A DNA stretch of 64,000 nt from assembly GCA_963663035.1 (NCBI GenBank), contig OY760074.1, forward strand, positions 32,001-96,000, in the 5' to 3' direction. Below, in pieces: positions 24,801 through 34,760 of this stretch. The DNA is from Acidobacteriota bacterium (GTDB lineage: Bacteria > Acidobacteriota > UBA6911 > RPQK01 > JADFOI01). Made by a program: the position numbers and the translations under genes. The number at the start of each line of letters is the position of its first letter. Positions within the stretch are counted from its first letter, which is position 1. A model generated the notes under the pieces. It saw only the letters and a program-made list of their open reading frames with translations. It made no database searches and was not told the DNA's origin.

Positions 24801-25009
24801 AGGGACGTGCTCGGATGTGGACTCCAGTCAGCCTGGCGGTACTGGGAGGTCTCACAACCTCGACCTTCCTGACCCTCATCATCCTTCCCACGGTGTACTC
24901 CTATATGGATGATGTCAGTCTGGGGTTTCAGTGGCTGGGCCGGACCATCTCCAATCTGGGGTCTGGCACTAACTTCACCCGCGTCAGGGCGGAGGTTCAC
25001 AAAGGCTAG
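21860..25009 (+). CDS. RND efflux permease (AcrB family), second subunit
   Basis: SVLRPV, GMLVDSSVVVLE, GLVVNNGII, RLRPILMT. Confidence 0.95.
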   Translation: MNLSKFSVLRPVTILMVTLSVLVLGFLSLQRLPLKQMPEFSSAVLSVNASYPSSSPDEVERNITRPLEEALSTLENLEGMSSTSSNSSANVRLEFKQGTDMDLTFLAIRDRIDQVSNRLPSDVEQIAIRQWHASDQPVLRFSVAWDGEREELYQVVDDILLRRLERLDGVANVEIRGMGTKQIIIDLDQNLLQAYGIDISRLNQSLRDNNINVAGGYIMDGGKKYSLRAVGQFEDPDEIANLPLQGGRLTLSDVGQVRFDFPEKTSFSRLDSIDAVNIDVYKASTANIVSVSQTAKEELQAIQQLPQLEGRLSVKIFRDQSDDILKSLNDLKNAGIYGGVLAMGVLFLFLMKFRSTIIISIAIPVSIVFTFAFMYLLRVFAGSDISLNVVSLMGLMVAIGMLVDSSVVVLENIFRHKQDKGLGAREAAISGSLEVGLAVLASTATTIVVFVSFIFAPSTQMGRFTRDFGLAIGVALIAALIVALTLIPMLSSRLFTGKEKPRQRALVWMTETYGALMGWLLRWRFVSLIVLAMLAFASYQLLTSIDRENLPRVAQRNLRVNVTMERSFSAEEMIELFGGVEKTFLDRKDELGIATIASNFSNRTTSRGQYRGNMTIYLKEEGDLKPVAVAQEEIRALFPEIPGVEFSFGRMMHMGGGEMGVSIELTGDESAVLAVYAEEVKAILSTIPELTDIETSLETGDEEIHLTVDRKKTEMFGISAQLVARTVASALSSRAVTRYQSDAGEIDVVVQLEGGNELSLQELENIQFENRDGEMIPLYAVVDYQYEEGPLAIRRDDRRSVLQVTANAERGGGMFLNNMIQGRLESELQLPAGYSFSFGDQWMRFRQGEQQSFFSIILAVVLMYIIMAALFESFIHPLTILFCVPFSIIGVAGIFYLTGTTLNSMAYLGILVLFGLVVNNGIILVDHINILRREGMPRSEAIRQGGMDRLRPILMTAITSILGILPLTLPALLPEYFPEAEGRARMWTPVSLAVLGGLTTSTFLTLIILPTVYSYMDDVSLGFQWLGRTISNLGSGTNFTRVRAEVHKG

Positions 25010-26648
25010 CCGCAATTATTCATAAGTTTGGGGTGAGTGTCGATTTTCTGCGGAAGTTCAGGGCTGAGAGTGTGTTCAGGTGCGATTACAAGGCGTCCAA
25101 GCTTGTTGAGCCGAATAGAGATGAAGCGAGAGCCCCTTCCGGAAACAGCTCGGCCCGCAGGGGGCTGTATATCTGTGTTGGCGCAGGGAGTCAGGGGACC
25201 GTCAGGTGGGACACAGACGGTGCATCAGTAATGCGAAGAGCTTTTGTTCGGGATAAGACGATGCCAGGTGCACCCAGATGCGACGAGAAGTTTCCCGAAC
25301 CCGGGCACCGATTTTGAACAGGCGGCGGCGGAGCGTCTCAATCTCCAGGTTGTGCCAGGGAGTCCCGCACAGGTAATCCCGCAGGCGCAGGATTAAGACA
25401 TAGGCCAGGGCGTGGATGAAGAGTCGGAACTGGTTGGCCAGGAAACGGTGGCAGCTCAAGCGATCCATGGCCAGATCTTTTTTGAAAGCTTTCACGAAGT
25501 TCTCGCACTGGCCCCGTCCGATGTAGTGGTCATACAGCTGCCCGGCCGTGAGATCCTGGCGGTTGGTGACCACAAAGCGACGGTTGAACCCGCGCTCGCT
25601 CACTTCCACCTTGGCCACCATGCGCCGCTCCCGGTCCCAACTGTCGGCCTGATAGACGAGCTCGGTGAACTGGCGTTGCTTTTCTCCTGAGTCGTCATAG
25701 TCTGCTTGCACCTGCTCAACCAAGGGCTCGACGGTGGCCGCCAGCCGGGAGTTGCGGGCAAAGCCCACCACATACTGCAGTTTTTCCTCCTCACAGAACT
25801 CGTACAGTGCCGGCGTCGCAAAGCCACTGTCGGCTCGCACTTCGATCGGAACATCGGATCCCAGAACCTGGCGCATCCGGGCCACCACCCGTTTGAGAAC
25901 CGCCACCGCGTGGGCGGCCGCCCCCTGGTTGCCGGGCCGCAGTAGCGCACATACCAGATCGCCCGTCTCGCCATCGAATAGCAGCAGCGGATGATACATG
26001 TGCTCGCGATAATAGCCGTGGTAAAAGCTGAACTCCTGCTGCCCATGCGTGACGTCATCCGTGCTGTCGATGTCCAGGATGATCTTCTCGGGCCGGCTCT
26101 TCTTGCGGTGCTTCAAGTAGGTCTCCAGCAGCCACTGTCCCAGGCGAGTGAGATCCTTCGAGTCCACCGAGTTCTCCAGTCGCGACAGCGTGGGTTGAGA
26201 AGCCAGATCCGGATCGCTTTCCGGCAGCCGATCACACACGGTCTTGAAGATGGGATCCGAGCGCAAGCTGTCGGCATCGTTGCAGTCCTCATAGCCGGCC
26301 ACGATCTGAAAGCTGCGCTGGGTGAGCAGTTCGCGAATCTGGTGGCGGACGTAGCGGCTATCTCGAGCGTCCTTCAGGCAGGAGGCAAAGCCAGCCGTCA
26401 GTCCGTGCTGTTGATCCAGGGCGTACAGACACAGCAGCCCGGCATCGGAGGAGAGCCGGCCTCCATCGAATCGAGCCACCACTTTTCTGTCAGGGTGAGA
26501 TGGCAAGTTGATCTGGCAGACTGATGCATCGCTGGGCCGTACCTTTTTGGTTTGGAGTTGTTTCATAACCCCTTTTATATCAAAGAGGTACGGCATCTTT
26601 TTGTGCCCTCGATCAGACCCCTTCTTCAGAATTTATGAATAATCCGGG
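25010..26648 (-). mobile_element. IS1380-family element, copy 1 (1639 bp)
   Basis: Ends ccgcaattattcataa...ttatgaataatccggg; matches 44788-46426; flanks CTAG/CTTA, so no duplication. Confidence 0.95.
25202..26596 (-). CDS. IS1380-family transposase
   Basis: FDGGRLSSDAG, GYEDCNDAD, SQPTLSRLEN, LDIDST, RADSGF, YIGRGQCEN. Confidence 0.95.
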   Translation of the reverse strand: MPYLFDIKGVMKQLQTKKVRPSDASVCQINLPSHPDRKVVARFDGGRLSSDAGLLCLYALDQQHGLTAGFASCLKDARDSRYVRHQIRELLTQRSFQIVAGYEDCNDADSLRSDPIFKTVCDRLPESDPDLASQPTLSRLENSVDSKDLTRLGQWLLETYLKHRKKSRPEKIILDIDSTDDVTHGQQEFSFYHGYYREHMYHPLLLFDGETGDLVCALLRPGNQGAAAHAVAVLKRVVARMRQVLGSDVPIEVRADSGFATPALYEFCEEEKLQYVVGFARNSRLAATVEPLVEQVQADYDDSGEKQRQFTELVYQADSWDRERRMVAKVEVSERGFNRRFVVTNRQDLTAGQLYDHYIGRGQCENFVKAFKKDLAMDRLSCHRFLANQFRLFIHALAYVLILRLRDYLCGTPWHNLEIETLRRRLFKIGARVRETSRRIWVHLASSYPEQKLFALLMHRLCPT

Positions 26649-26691
26649 CTTAGCATTGACCACAACTGCATTGCGGGAGAGGGGGAGTTTC

Positions 26692-29415
26692 GTGCTAGGC
26701 AAGACCATCAGCCATTACAAGGTTCTTGAGAAAATCGGCCAAGGCGGTATGGGTGAGGTCTACCGCGCCACCGATACCAAGCTGAACCGGGACGTGGCGC
26801 TCAAGATCCTGCCCGAGCAGTTTGCCTCTGATTCACAGCGAATGGGCCGGTTTCAGCGGGAAGCGGAAGTCCTGGCCTCCCTGGATCATCCCAACATCGG
26901 GCAGATTTACGGGATTGAAGACGCAGGCCAGACCAAGGCCCTGGTTCTCCAGCTCATCGAAGGCCCCACCCTAGCGGAAAGAATTGCCCAGGGACCAATT
27001 CCTGTTGAGGATGCCCTCAAGATTGCGCTGCAGATGGCGGAAGGACTGGAGGCAGCCCACGAGAAGGGGGTGATCCACAGGGATCTCAAGCCTGCCAATA
27101 TCAAGATTACCCCTGAAGGACAGGTCAAGATTCTGGACTTTGGATTAGCTAAGGCTCTGGAGGGGGAGACACCATCAGCCTCAGAGCTCTCACAATCGCC
27201 AACACTCACCGCCGCTGCCACCCAGGCTGGAGTTATTTTGGGTACTGCTGCCTACATGAGTCCGGAACAGGCTAAAGGCAACCAGACCGATACCCGAGCT
27301 GACACATGGGGATTTGGAGCAGTTGTTTACGAGATGCTCACCGGGAAGCGGGCCTTTGACGGGGAGGATGTATCGGACACGCTGGCAGCGGTTTTGCGAG
27401 CTGAAATCGACTGGTCAAAACTTCCGTCTGAAACACCCGCGCCACTTCGGAGGCTTCTGGAACGCTGTCTTAATCGGGATTTGAGACGCCGGTTGGCTGA
27501 CATTCGAGAGGCTCGGATTGCCATAGAAGATTACCTGGCCGATCCCAGCGGGGTGTTGGTGCAGCCAACCGGCGATGTTGTTCAGGCACCTCCGCGACGA
27601 ATACTTCCGTGGGTGGCAGCCCTAATGTTAGCTCTGATCACTGGCGTAGCAGCCTGGAACCTGAAGCCAACAGAACCACAGCCCCTAGCTCCAGCTACTC
27701 GCTTCTACCATGAACTGCCCGACGGCCAGGCATTTACAAGAGGAGGGCGCCCGCTTGTGGCGGTATCACCCGATGGCAGCCAGATTGTTTACGTTGCCAA
27801 TAGCCAACTTTATCTGAGAAACCTGAACGAGATGGTAGCGCGTCCGATTCAAGGAACGGATGAAGACCCTAACAACCCGTTCTTTTCACCCGGCGGCGAA
27901 TGGGTCGGATACTATTCAACTTCTGATAGTCAGCTAAAGAAGATCTCCACCATCGGAGGTGCACCGGTGACCTTGTGCGATGCAGCGTTTCCCTTTGGTG
28001 CGAGTTGGGGTTCAGACGACACCATTGTGTACGGCCAGCCTGAGGGGATCATGCGCGTGTCCGCCAATGGCGGGACTCCAGAGTTGGTCATTTCAACGGA
28101 AGCACCAGAACAGGTGCATGGCCCCCAAATGTTGCCGGGTGGTGAGTGGGTACTGTTCACGTTGACTAGGTTGACTAGCGTGAGTGGTATAACCCGCTGG
28201 GATGAGGCACAGATTGTCGTGCAGTCGCTTGAATCAGGAGAACGAAAGATTCTGTGGGAGGGCGGCAGCGATGCTCGTTACGTTCCTACCGGGCATCTCG
28301 TCTATGCGTTAGAGGACGTGCTGTTTGCGCTTCCCTTTGACCTGGCCAGCCTGGAGGCTTCAGGCGGACCAGTTCCGATGGTTGAGGGAGTTCGGCGGGC
28401 TCCTCCACAGTTCACGGCGAGCGCACACTATGGATTCTCAGACCGTGGGACACTGATTTATATACCAGGCACGGCAGCAATGGCTCAGATGCGTGTTCTT
28501 GCGCTGGTGGACCGGGATGGCCTGGTGGAACGCCTCAACGCGCCGCCCAAAGAATATCTGAGTCCGCGCCTATCGCCAGACGGACAGACCCTGCTCGTTC
28601 AGAGTGTCGAAGAGAACGGTAACGTCATTTGGCTGTATGACCTCACCGGAGACACGGCGATCCAGCAACTGACGTTTGAGGGCAACAACCAGCGTCCCGT
28701 CTGGACTCCGGACGGCCAACGCATCGCGTTCTCATCGGACCGGGATGGGACGATGAGTCTCTACTGGATGCCAGCCGATGGAAGCGGTGTCGCCGAGCGT
28801 CTCACGACAGCCGAAGAGGGAACAAGCCACTGGATGGGGTCCTGGTCGCCGGACGGCGAACTCCTGGTGTTCAATGTAGAAAGGGCCCTCGCGACCGATT
28901 GGGACATTTGGACGTTGTCCGTGGATGATCGAGAGACGCAAAGCCTCTATGACACGCCTGAAACCATATATATGGGTGCAGAGCTCTCTCCCAATGCTGA
29001 GTGGTTGGCTTACGGAGCCGGTCCGATTGCTGGGGAAGCCGACATCTACGTCGAGCCGTTCCCGCCGACAGGAGCTAGGCGCAGGATTTCACAAGACGGA
29101 GGTTATTGGCCTTTGTGGTCACCTGAAGGGAGTGAGCTCTTCTACCGACCCGTTTCCACCTCTGCAGGAATAACACTGAGGTCGGTCGATATTGTCACTC
29201 AACCGGCCTTTGCGTTCAGCAACGAACAGACGCTTCCAGTTGAAGGGTTCAACGTGGTTGGCTACTACAGGGACTACGACATCAGTCCCGACGGCAAACG
29301 ACTGCTCATGGTGTTCCCAGCGGACCAGTCCGATTCCGGCGAACCCGCCCGTCCCCAGATCAATATCGTCCTCAACTGGTTCGAGGAATTGAAGGAACGG
29401 GTGCCTGTGCCATGA
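26692..29415 (+). CDS. Ser/Thr protein kinase with TM segment and C-terminal PD40/TolB-like beta-propeller
   Basis: GQGGMGEVY, VALK, HRDLKPAN, DFG, GTAAYMSPE; SPDG repeats; ends [18 protein letters not shown]; GTG start after GGGGGAG. Confidence 0.93.
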   Translation: MLGKTISHYKVLEKIGQGGMGEVYRATDTKLNRDVALKILPEQFASDSQRMGRFQREAEVLASLDHPNIGQIYGIEDAGQTKALVLQLIEGPTLAERIAQGPIPVEDALKIALQMAEGLEAAHEKGVIHRDLKPANIKITPEGQVKILDFGLAKALEGETPSASELSQSPTLTAAATQAGVILGTAAYMSPEQAKGNQTDTRADTWGFGAVVYEMLTGKRAFDGEDVSDTLAAVLRAEIDWSKLPSETPAPLRRLLERCLNRDLRRRLADIREARIAIEDYLADPSGVLVQPTGDVVQAPPRRILPWVAALMLALITGVAAWNLKPTEPQPLAPATRFYHELPDGQAFTRGGRPLVAVSPDGSQIVYVANSQLYLRNLNEMVARPIQGTDEDPNNPFFSPGGEWVGYYSTSDSQLKKISTIGGAPVTLCDAAFPFGASWGSDDTIVYGQPEGIMRVSANGGTPELVISTEAPEQVHGPQMLPGGEWVLFTLTRLTSVSGITRWDEAQIVVQSLESGERKILWEGGSDARYVPTGHLVYALEDVLFALPFDLASLEASGGPVPMVEGVRRAPPQFTASAHYGFSDRGTLIYIPGTAAMAQMRVLALVDRDGLVERLNAPPKEYLSPRLSPDGQTLLVQSVEENGNVIWLYDLTGDTAIQQLTFEGNNQRPVWTPDGQRIAFSSDRDGTMSLYWMPADGSGVAERLTTAEEGTSHWMGSWSPDGELLVFNVERALATDWDIWTLSVDDRETQSLYDTPETIYMGAELSPNAEWLAYGAGPIAGEADIYVEPFPPTGARRRISQDGGYWPLWSPEGSELFYRPVSTSAGITLRSVDIVTQPAFAFSNEQTLPVEGFNVVGYYRDYDISPDGKRLLMVFPADQSDSGEPARPQINIVLNWFEELKERVPVP

Positions 29416-32081
29416 TCGGTCAGACACTTTCCCATTACAAGATCATCTCCAAGCTAGGCGCTGGCGGGTTTGGGGAAGTCTACCTGGCAGAAGACAGCCG
29501 CCTGGACCGAAAAGTCGCCCTCAAAATCCTGCCCCAGCATCTCTCAGAGAGAGCCGACCTGCGGGAAAGGTTTGAGCGCGAGGCCCGGGCCGTCTCCAGC
29601 CTCAACCATCCTCACATCTGCACCCTCTATGACATCGGGGAGCAGGACGGCATCCACTACCTGGTCATGGAGCACCTGGAGGGGGAGACGCTGGCTGCTC
29701 GGCTGGAGAAGGGAGCACTACCGCTGGAACAGACCCTGCAATACGCCATCCAGATTGCCGATGCCCTGGATAAGGCCCACCGGCAGGGGGTGGTGCACAG
29801 GGACTTGAAGCCTGGCAACATCATGCTGGTCAAGAGTGGGGCCAAGCTGCTGGATTTTGGCTTGGCGAAGCAGCAGGCAACGGAGACACCCACCAACCTC
29901 TCGGCCCTGCCCACGGAGCAAGCCAGCCTCACCGCTGAGGGGACCATCCTGGGCACGTTGCAGTACATGGCCCCTGAGCAGTTGGAAGGCAAGGAGGCTG
30001 ACAGAAGAACAGACATCTTCGCCTTTGGTGCGGTGGTCTATGAGATGGCCACAGGCAAGAAGGCGTTTGAGGGCAACAGCCAGGCCAGTTTGATTGCCAA
30101 AATCCTGGAAGTGGACCCGCAACCGATGTCGGAGTTGCAGCCGCTGACACCCACGGCGCTCGACCGGGTCGTGAAGACCTGCTTGGCTAAGGACCCGGAT
30201 GACCGCTGGCAGTCGGCACGGGACCTGTATCGTGAACTGAAGTGGATCGCGGAAGGTACAACGGACGCAAGCCTGCCCACAACTGCTGCTGGAATCCCCG
30301 CAGGTTCAGGCTGGAGTCAGCTGCTCTTGCCAGTCGTGGCTTCCGTGGTAGTAGCAGCAAGCATAGCAAGCGTCGCCGTCTGGAATCTCAAGCCTGCTCC
30401 CGCCCGACCCGTTACACGTACGGTGGTGGCCCTGCAAGCCGACGAAACAATTCAGTCTAGCGCCATCGTTCCCTTGGCTTTTTCACCGGACGGTTCCCAA
30501 ATGGTCTACTCAGCGCAAAAGGGAGATGATCCACCGCGCCTCTACCTTCGTCCCATGAATAGCCTGGAAGACCAGCCTCTCTCGGGTACTGAAGGGGCTA
30601 ACCACCCATTTTTTTCGCCCGACGGACAGTGGGTTGGCTTCTTTGCGGAAGGAGAATTGAAGAAAGGTCCGATCACCGGCGGTACAGTTCTGACGATCTG
30701 CACTACGAGTGGTCGGACTCAAGGGGCAAGCTGGGGAACCGATGACAGAATTATCTTTAGTACAATCGGGGCATTGCGACTGTTGCAGGTTTCGGCAGAC
30801 GGCGGGACGCCTGAAGTCCTTACGTCGCTGGAAGGTGGCCCACTGGAATCCTTCCTTTCCTGGCCGGAGATTCTGCCGGGGGGAAAAGCGGTGCTCTTCG
30901 CGACCGGTGATGGGACGATTGTGGTGCAACGGCTCGATACGGGCGAACGCAAGGTCCTGCTGCAGGGTGGCACCTTCCCGCATTACGTTTCGACTGGGCA
31001 TCTGGTCTATTCCCGGGAAGGAACCCTGATGGCCGTTCTATTTGATCCCGATCAGCTGGAAATCTCTGGTTCTCCGGTACCCGTCATAGAAGGTATTCGT
31101 TCTCCCGTTAGAGCTTTTGGCGGCGCACAGTTGACCATCTCTAAAACGGGGGCACTGGCTTATGTTGTTGGTTCAGCGGACGAATCGGAGGGCACGCTGG
31201 TTTGGGTGGACCGCCAGGGAATATCTGAGCCCTTGGCTGCTCCCCTTCGGGATTACGAGTACCCCCGGGTCTCGCCCGACGGTCAGCGTATAGCCGTTGG
31301 AATTCGAGAGCGAGAGAATGAGGTCTATATTGGGGTTTATGACGTTTCCCGAAGCACCCTTACCCGACTGACGTTTGAGTCTGGATTTAACACCGTTCCT
31401 GCCTGGTCGCCCGATGGGAAGCGGCTGGCGTTCACCTCAGACCGAGAAGGCCGGCTGGGCATTTTCTGGCAAATGGCCGATGGCAGCGGTGGTGTGGAAC
31501 GGTTAACCACGAGCGATTATCAAACTGTCCCGGCTTCATTTTCCCCGGACGGGCAACTGCTGGCATTTATCGAAGACAATCCGACGACCGGCCGCGCAAT
31601 CCGGGTGCTGAATTTAGAAGATCGCGAGGCGGAGCCGTTCCTGCAAAACCCCTATGAAGAAACTGCACCGAAGTTTTCCCCTGACGGCGAATGGATGGCC
31701 TATTCCTCGACCGAGTCGGGACGCAGAGAAGTTTACGTGCAGCCGTATCCCGGCCCTGGCGGGAAGTGGCAGATTTCGACCGACGGAGGCCAGGAGCCGG
31801 TCTGGAACCCGCAAGGAGGTGAGTTGTTTTTCCGCATTGGGGACAGGATGATGGCGGTGGAGCTGGATACGAGGTCCGGCTTTGCGTCGGGAACGCCTCA
31901 GATGCTCTTTGAAGGACTGTACCTGCCAACCGCCTTTAGCTATCCATTTTACGATGTCAGTCCCGACGGCCAGCGTTTCCTGATGCTGCAGCCCGTCGAG
32001 TCGCAGACCGGCGGTGCGACCCAGATCAACGTCGTCCTCAACTGGTTTGAAGAACTCAAACGCCTGGTGCCTACCCCATGA
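29412..32081 (+). CDS. Ser/Thr protein kinase with TM segment and PD40 beta-propeller
   Basis: [29 protein letters not shown]; SPDG repeats; ends [18 protein letters not shown]; ATGA overlap with previous gene. Confidence 0.95.
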   Translation: MIGQTLSHYKIISKLGAGGFGEVYLAEDSRLDRKVALKILPQHLSERADLRERFEREARAVSSLNHPHICTLYDIGEQDGIHYLVMEHLEGETLAARLEKGALPLEQTLQYAIQIADALDKAHRQGVVHRDLKPGNIMLVKSGAKLLDFGLAKQQATETPTNLSALPTEQASLTAEGTILGTLQYMAPEQLEGKEADRRTDIFAFGAVVYEMATGKKAFEGNSQASLIAKILEVDPQPMSELQPLTPTALDRVVKTCLAKDPDDRWQSARDLYRELKWIAEGTTDASLPTTAAGIPAGSGWSQLLLPVVASVVVAASIASVAVWNLKPAPARPVTRTVVALQADETIQSSAIVPLAFSPDGSQMVYSAQKGDDPPRLYLRPMNSLEDQPLSGTEGANHPFFSPDGQWVGFFAEGELKKGPITGGTVLTICTTSGRTQGASWGTDDRIIFSTIGALRLLQVSADGGTPEVLTSLEGGPLESFLSWPEILPGGKAVLFATGDGTIVVQRLDTGERKVLLQGGTFPHYVSTGHLVYSREGTLMAVLFDPDQLEISGSPVPVIEGIRSPVRAFGGAQLTISKTGALAYVVGSADESEGTLVWVDRQGISEPLAAPLRDYEYPRVSPDGQRIAVGIRERENEVYIGVYDVSRSTLTRLTFESGFNTVPAWSPDGKRLAFTSDREGRLGIFWQMADGSGGVERLTTSDYQTVPASFSPDGQLLAFIEDNPTTGRAIRVLNLEDREAEPFLQNPYEETAPKFSPDGEWMAYSSTESGRREVYVQPYPGPGGKWQISTDGGQEPVWNPQGGELFFRIGDRMMAVELDTRSGFASGTPQMLFEGLYLPTAFSYPFYDVSPDGQRFLMLQPVESQTGGATQINVVLNWFEELKRLVPTP

Positions 32082-32221
32082 TCGGCCAAACCATCTCCCA
32101 CTACAAAATCATCGAGAAGATCGGCCAGGGCGGCATGGGAACCGTCTACCGTGCCGAGGACACCAACCTGAGCCGTGAAGTGGCATCAACGTTGGACACC
32201 CACTTCGAAAAACCTGGCTGA
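32078..32221 (+). pseudogene. Truncated Ser/Thr kinase N-terminus
   Basis: [36 protein letters not shown], then unrelated sequence and a stop; ATGA overlap with previous kinase. Confidence 0.9.
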
Positions 32222-32859
32222 CGATTAAACAACCGATGCAAGGAGTAGATAGTAATGTGTGAACTAATCCGAAAGCAATTGGAGGGCAAGTTCAATCATA
32301 AGTTTGATGAAGAACTTAAGAAAGCCAACTTATCTCTTGTAGATATCCATACAGTACTAAATAGGATGGGCGCGCCAGAGGCAAATGGGACTGTAGGAAC
32401 TACCGTGGGTCAAAGGTTGAGATGGCTGATTGCCCAAGAAGTCAATCGTGAGGAGGAGCGCCTTCAGCTTGGATGTAATTTTCACAAAGTCCCTCGATGG
32501 AAGTTTCTTGCAGCAATCCCTTTAATTTACATTCCGATACTGGTAGGAGCCCTACCAGTGATTGTGAGTGCTCTTTTGGTTCGAACCCATCTTACGATGG
32601 TGGGCGGCCGTGCGCTGAAGTCCTATTGGAATGATTTTGTTCCAAGCTGGGTGAGTCACCGTTACACTCGTGATACCCAAATTGTCACCGATAAGTTATT
32701 GGACAAGTACGGGGCTCTAACTTACATAACCAAATCTAAGCTGTTTTGGATTTTCAATTGTAAGCTTTACTGCCCATTGGCGGTTGCGCTCCTTGCCTAC
32801 ACGCTCTACCTGGTAAAAATTGTGGAGTAGTGGTGGTGTCCTTTCGGCCACGATAAAAA

Positions 32860-34239
32860 GAGGTTCCGTCAATAAGTGTGTAAATAGACATCAGGCGGCT
32901 TTCTCCTGGGTGACTGGGTTGACTGGAACTCCATTGACATATTGGGCTCCTTGGTAGACATCCTTCATCAAGTGGGGAGCCTTCAAACGGCGAAATCTCT
33001 TCTCAGCGACCAGCAGCATCTTCCAGATGACAGCCCGTGCGTTGGCCACTTTCTTGAACCTTCGAGCAGCATCGGTTCGCAGTCGCAGAGCAGAGAAGGG
33101 AGACTCCACTGGGTTGGTAGTCCGCAGATGTTGCCACTGCTGTTTGGGATAGTTGTAAAACGTCACCATCCGCTCCCAGTCCTGGTCGATCAGATCAGCC
33201 GCTGCCTCCAGGCCTCTCTTGCTACACCAATGTTGGAATCGTCCTTTGACTCGCTCGGCTTCCTGCCGTGTTTCTGCATAAGGGATCTGCCGCAACATCA
33301 ACAAGGCCGCTTTGTGCCGACTCTTGGGGATCTTGGCCAGCAAGTTGACGATGCGATGATTCCAGCATCTCTGCTCGTCGGCTTCTGGGAACACGTTGCG
33401 CAACGCTCCCCAGATCCCCAGATGCCCGTCAGCGATCACCAGACGGGGTGGGTTCATCCCCCGCTCTTTGAGATCCCGCAGCACTTCGGACCAGCTCTGG
33501 GTCGATTCTCGATAACCACTACTGACGGACACCACCACTTTAGTGCCATCACTTAAAGCGGCGATCACTACCAGAATCACGGCCTTCTCCTTCTCCAGCC
33601 CTGCTTTGATGTACACGCCGTCCGCCCACAAATACACGACTTCCAGATCATCCAGCCGACGGCTCTGCCAGGCCTCCATTTCTCCCTGCCACTTCTGTTT
33701 CAACCGGGCTACGGTGCTGGGGGACAGCGGCGCTTCTTCCCCTAAAAGCCCTCTCAAGGCCAGATCGAAATCCCCCTCGGCCAGACCATGTAAATAGAGT
33801 TCTGGAATCAAGTCTCGTACCTCTCGCGTTCGCTTGGCAAACAGCGGCAAGACCCGGCTCTCAAAACGCTCTTCCAGATCCCGCACTCGGGGACGCCGCA
33901 GCTTGATCGTTCCGCAACTCATCGTCAGTCGCCGCTCCTTGCCGTAGCCGTTGCGATAGCCACCGGAGGCGTCCACTTCTCGGCGACGCTCATTCTTTCT
34001 TCGTCCCAGCAGCTGTGTCACTTCATCCTCCAGCAGTTCCTGTACGTAAAACTGGATCTGCTCTCGCACCCACTCTTCCAGCTGTTCAAAGCAGACTCTT
34101 GACTCCACACTGTGATCAATGTTCTTCTTGCTCATGGCGGTGTGACTCCTTCCTTTCGGGCTCTTCCGCCCGGGTTTTTATTTTCACCCGGAAGGATAAT
34201 CACCGCCTGTGCTATTTACACACCTTTTGAGGGTAGCTC
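32860..34239 (-). mobile_element. IS256-family element (1380 bp)
   Basis: IRs gaggttccgtcaataagtgtgtaaatag / ctatttacacaccttttgagggtagctc; 9-bp TSD cgataaaaa (32851-32859, 34240-34248). Confidence 0.95.
32891..34135 (-). CDS. IS256-family transposase
   Basis: GYRNGY, YLWADG, LVIADG, QRCWNH, LRTTNPVES. Confidence 0.95.
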   Translation of the reverse strand: MSKKNIDHSVESRVCFEQLEEWVREQIQFYVQELLEDEVTQLLGRRKNERRREVDASGGYRNGYGKERRLTMSCGTIKLRRPRVRDLEERFESRVLPLFAKRTREVRDLIPELYLHGLAEGDFDLALRGLLGEEAPLSPSTVARLKQKWQGEMEAWQSRRLDDLEVVYLWADGVYIKAGLEKEKAVILVVIAALSDGTKVVVSVSSGYRESTQSWSEVLRDLKERGMNPPRLVIADGHLGIWGALRNVFPEADEQRCWNHRIVNLLAKIPKSRHKAALLMLRQIPYAETRQEAERVKGRFQHWCSKRGLEAAADLIDQDWERMVTFYNYPKQQWQHLRTTNPVESPFSALRLRTDAARRFKKVANARAVIWKMLLVAEKRFRRLKAPHLMKDVYQGAQYVNGVPVNPVTQEKAA

Positions 34240-34446
34240 CGATAAAAAACATACATATGCTAATATACCAATCGATAAGTCATTCTGGCACGCTGTCGGC
34301 GACGAGGTTCTACTACATCCAGATGACAGAGAAAATCCAAGCTGGAACCAAGACGCACTTTGAACTGCCCGGTGGCCCCGGCCGCACACGGGTGCAACGT
34401 CACCGCGACGACCCTCGCTTCCACGACCTGCTTCCATGAGAAGGCC

Positions 34447-34760
34447 CTTTCTTGTCAAGACCGACTTGGCGGTCAAAAGTCCGGGACCGGGTGATTAAGC
34501 CAGCTGATGGGAGTTCGCTTAATCGATCCAGTGATGCTGATTTTGTTTGCCTTGCTTCCATCCGCACTCTTTTTCAGCCCTTGATTTGGACTGGGTGCAT
34601 GTAAGGGTTCGTCAAACTGGGCGCTGCAATCTGCGGCTCGTTCTCTTCCGAAGGAAGGAACAGCAGGTCGTTCGCAGTCACCCGAACTGGGCATTTGGAT
34701 CATTGAGGTTAACTCCATGGGCGGGTCACGTTCACCGGAATCCCTTCTGGGTTCAATCTC
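34447..34760 (-). ncRNA. Putative bridge/seek RNA in the non-coding end of IS1111 copy 1
   Basis: Two stem-loop-stem modules: target guides at 34661-34670 and 34631-34636, donor guides at 34602-34606 and 34555-34561; RNA ends approximate. Confidence 0.8.

Larger units (their letters stand above)
32255..34363 (+). pseudogene. Membrane protein gene with in-frame TAG, interrupted by IS256
   Basis: Frame runs KIVE*WWCPFGHDKK [IS256] HTYANIPIDKSFWH...NQDAL*; removing the IS and one TSD restores the frame. Confidence 0.8.

Noticed and set aside
26635-26691. N-terminal extension of kinase 1 in the ORF track
   Set aside because: The ATG lies inside the IS1380 end; the GTG at 26692 has an RBS and matches the paralog at 62832.
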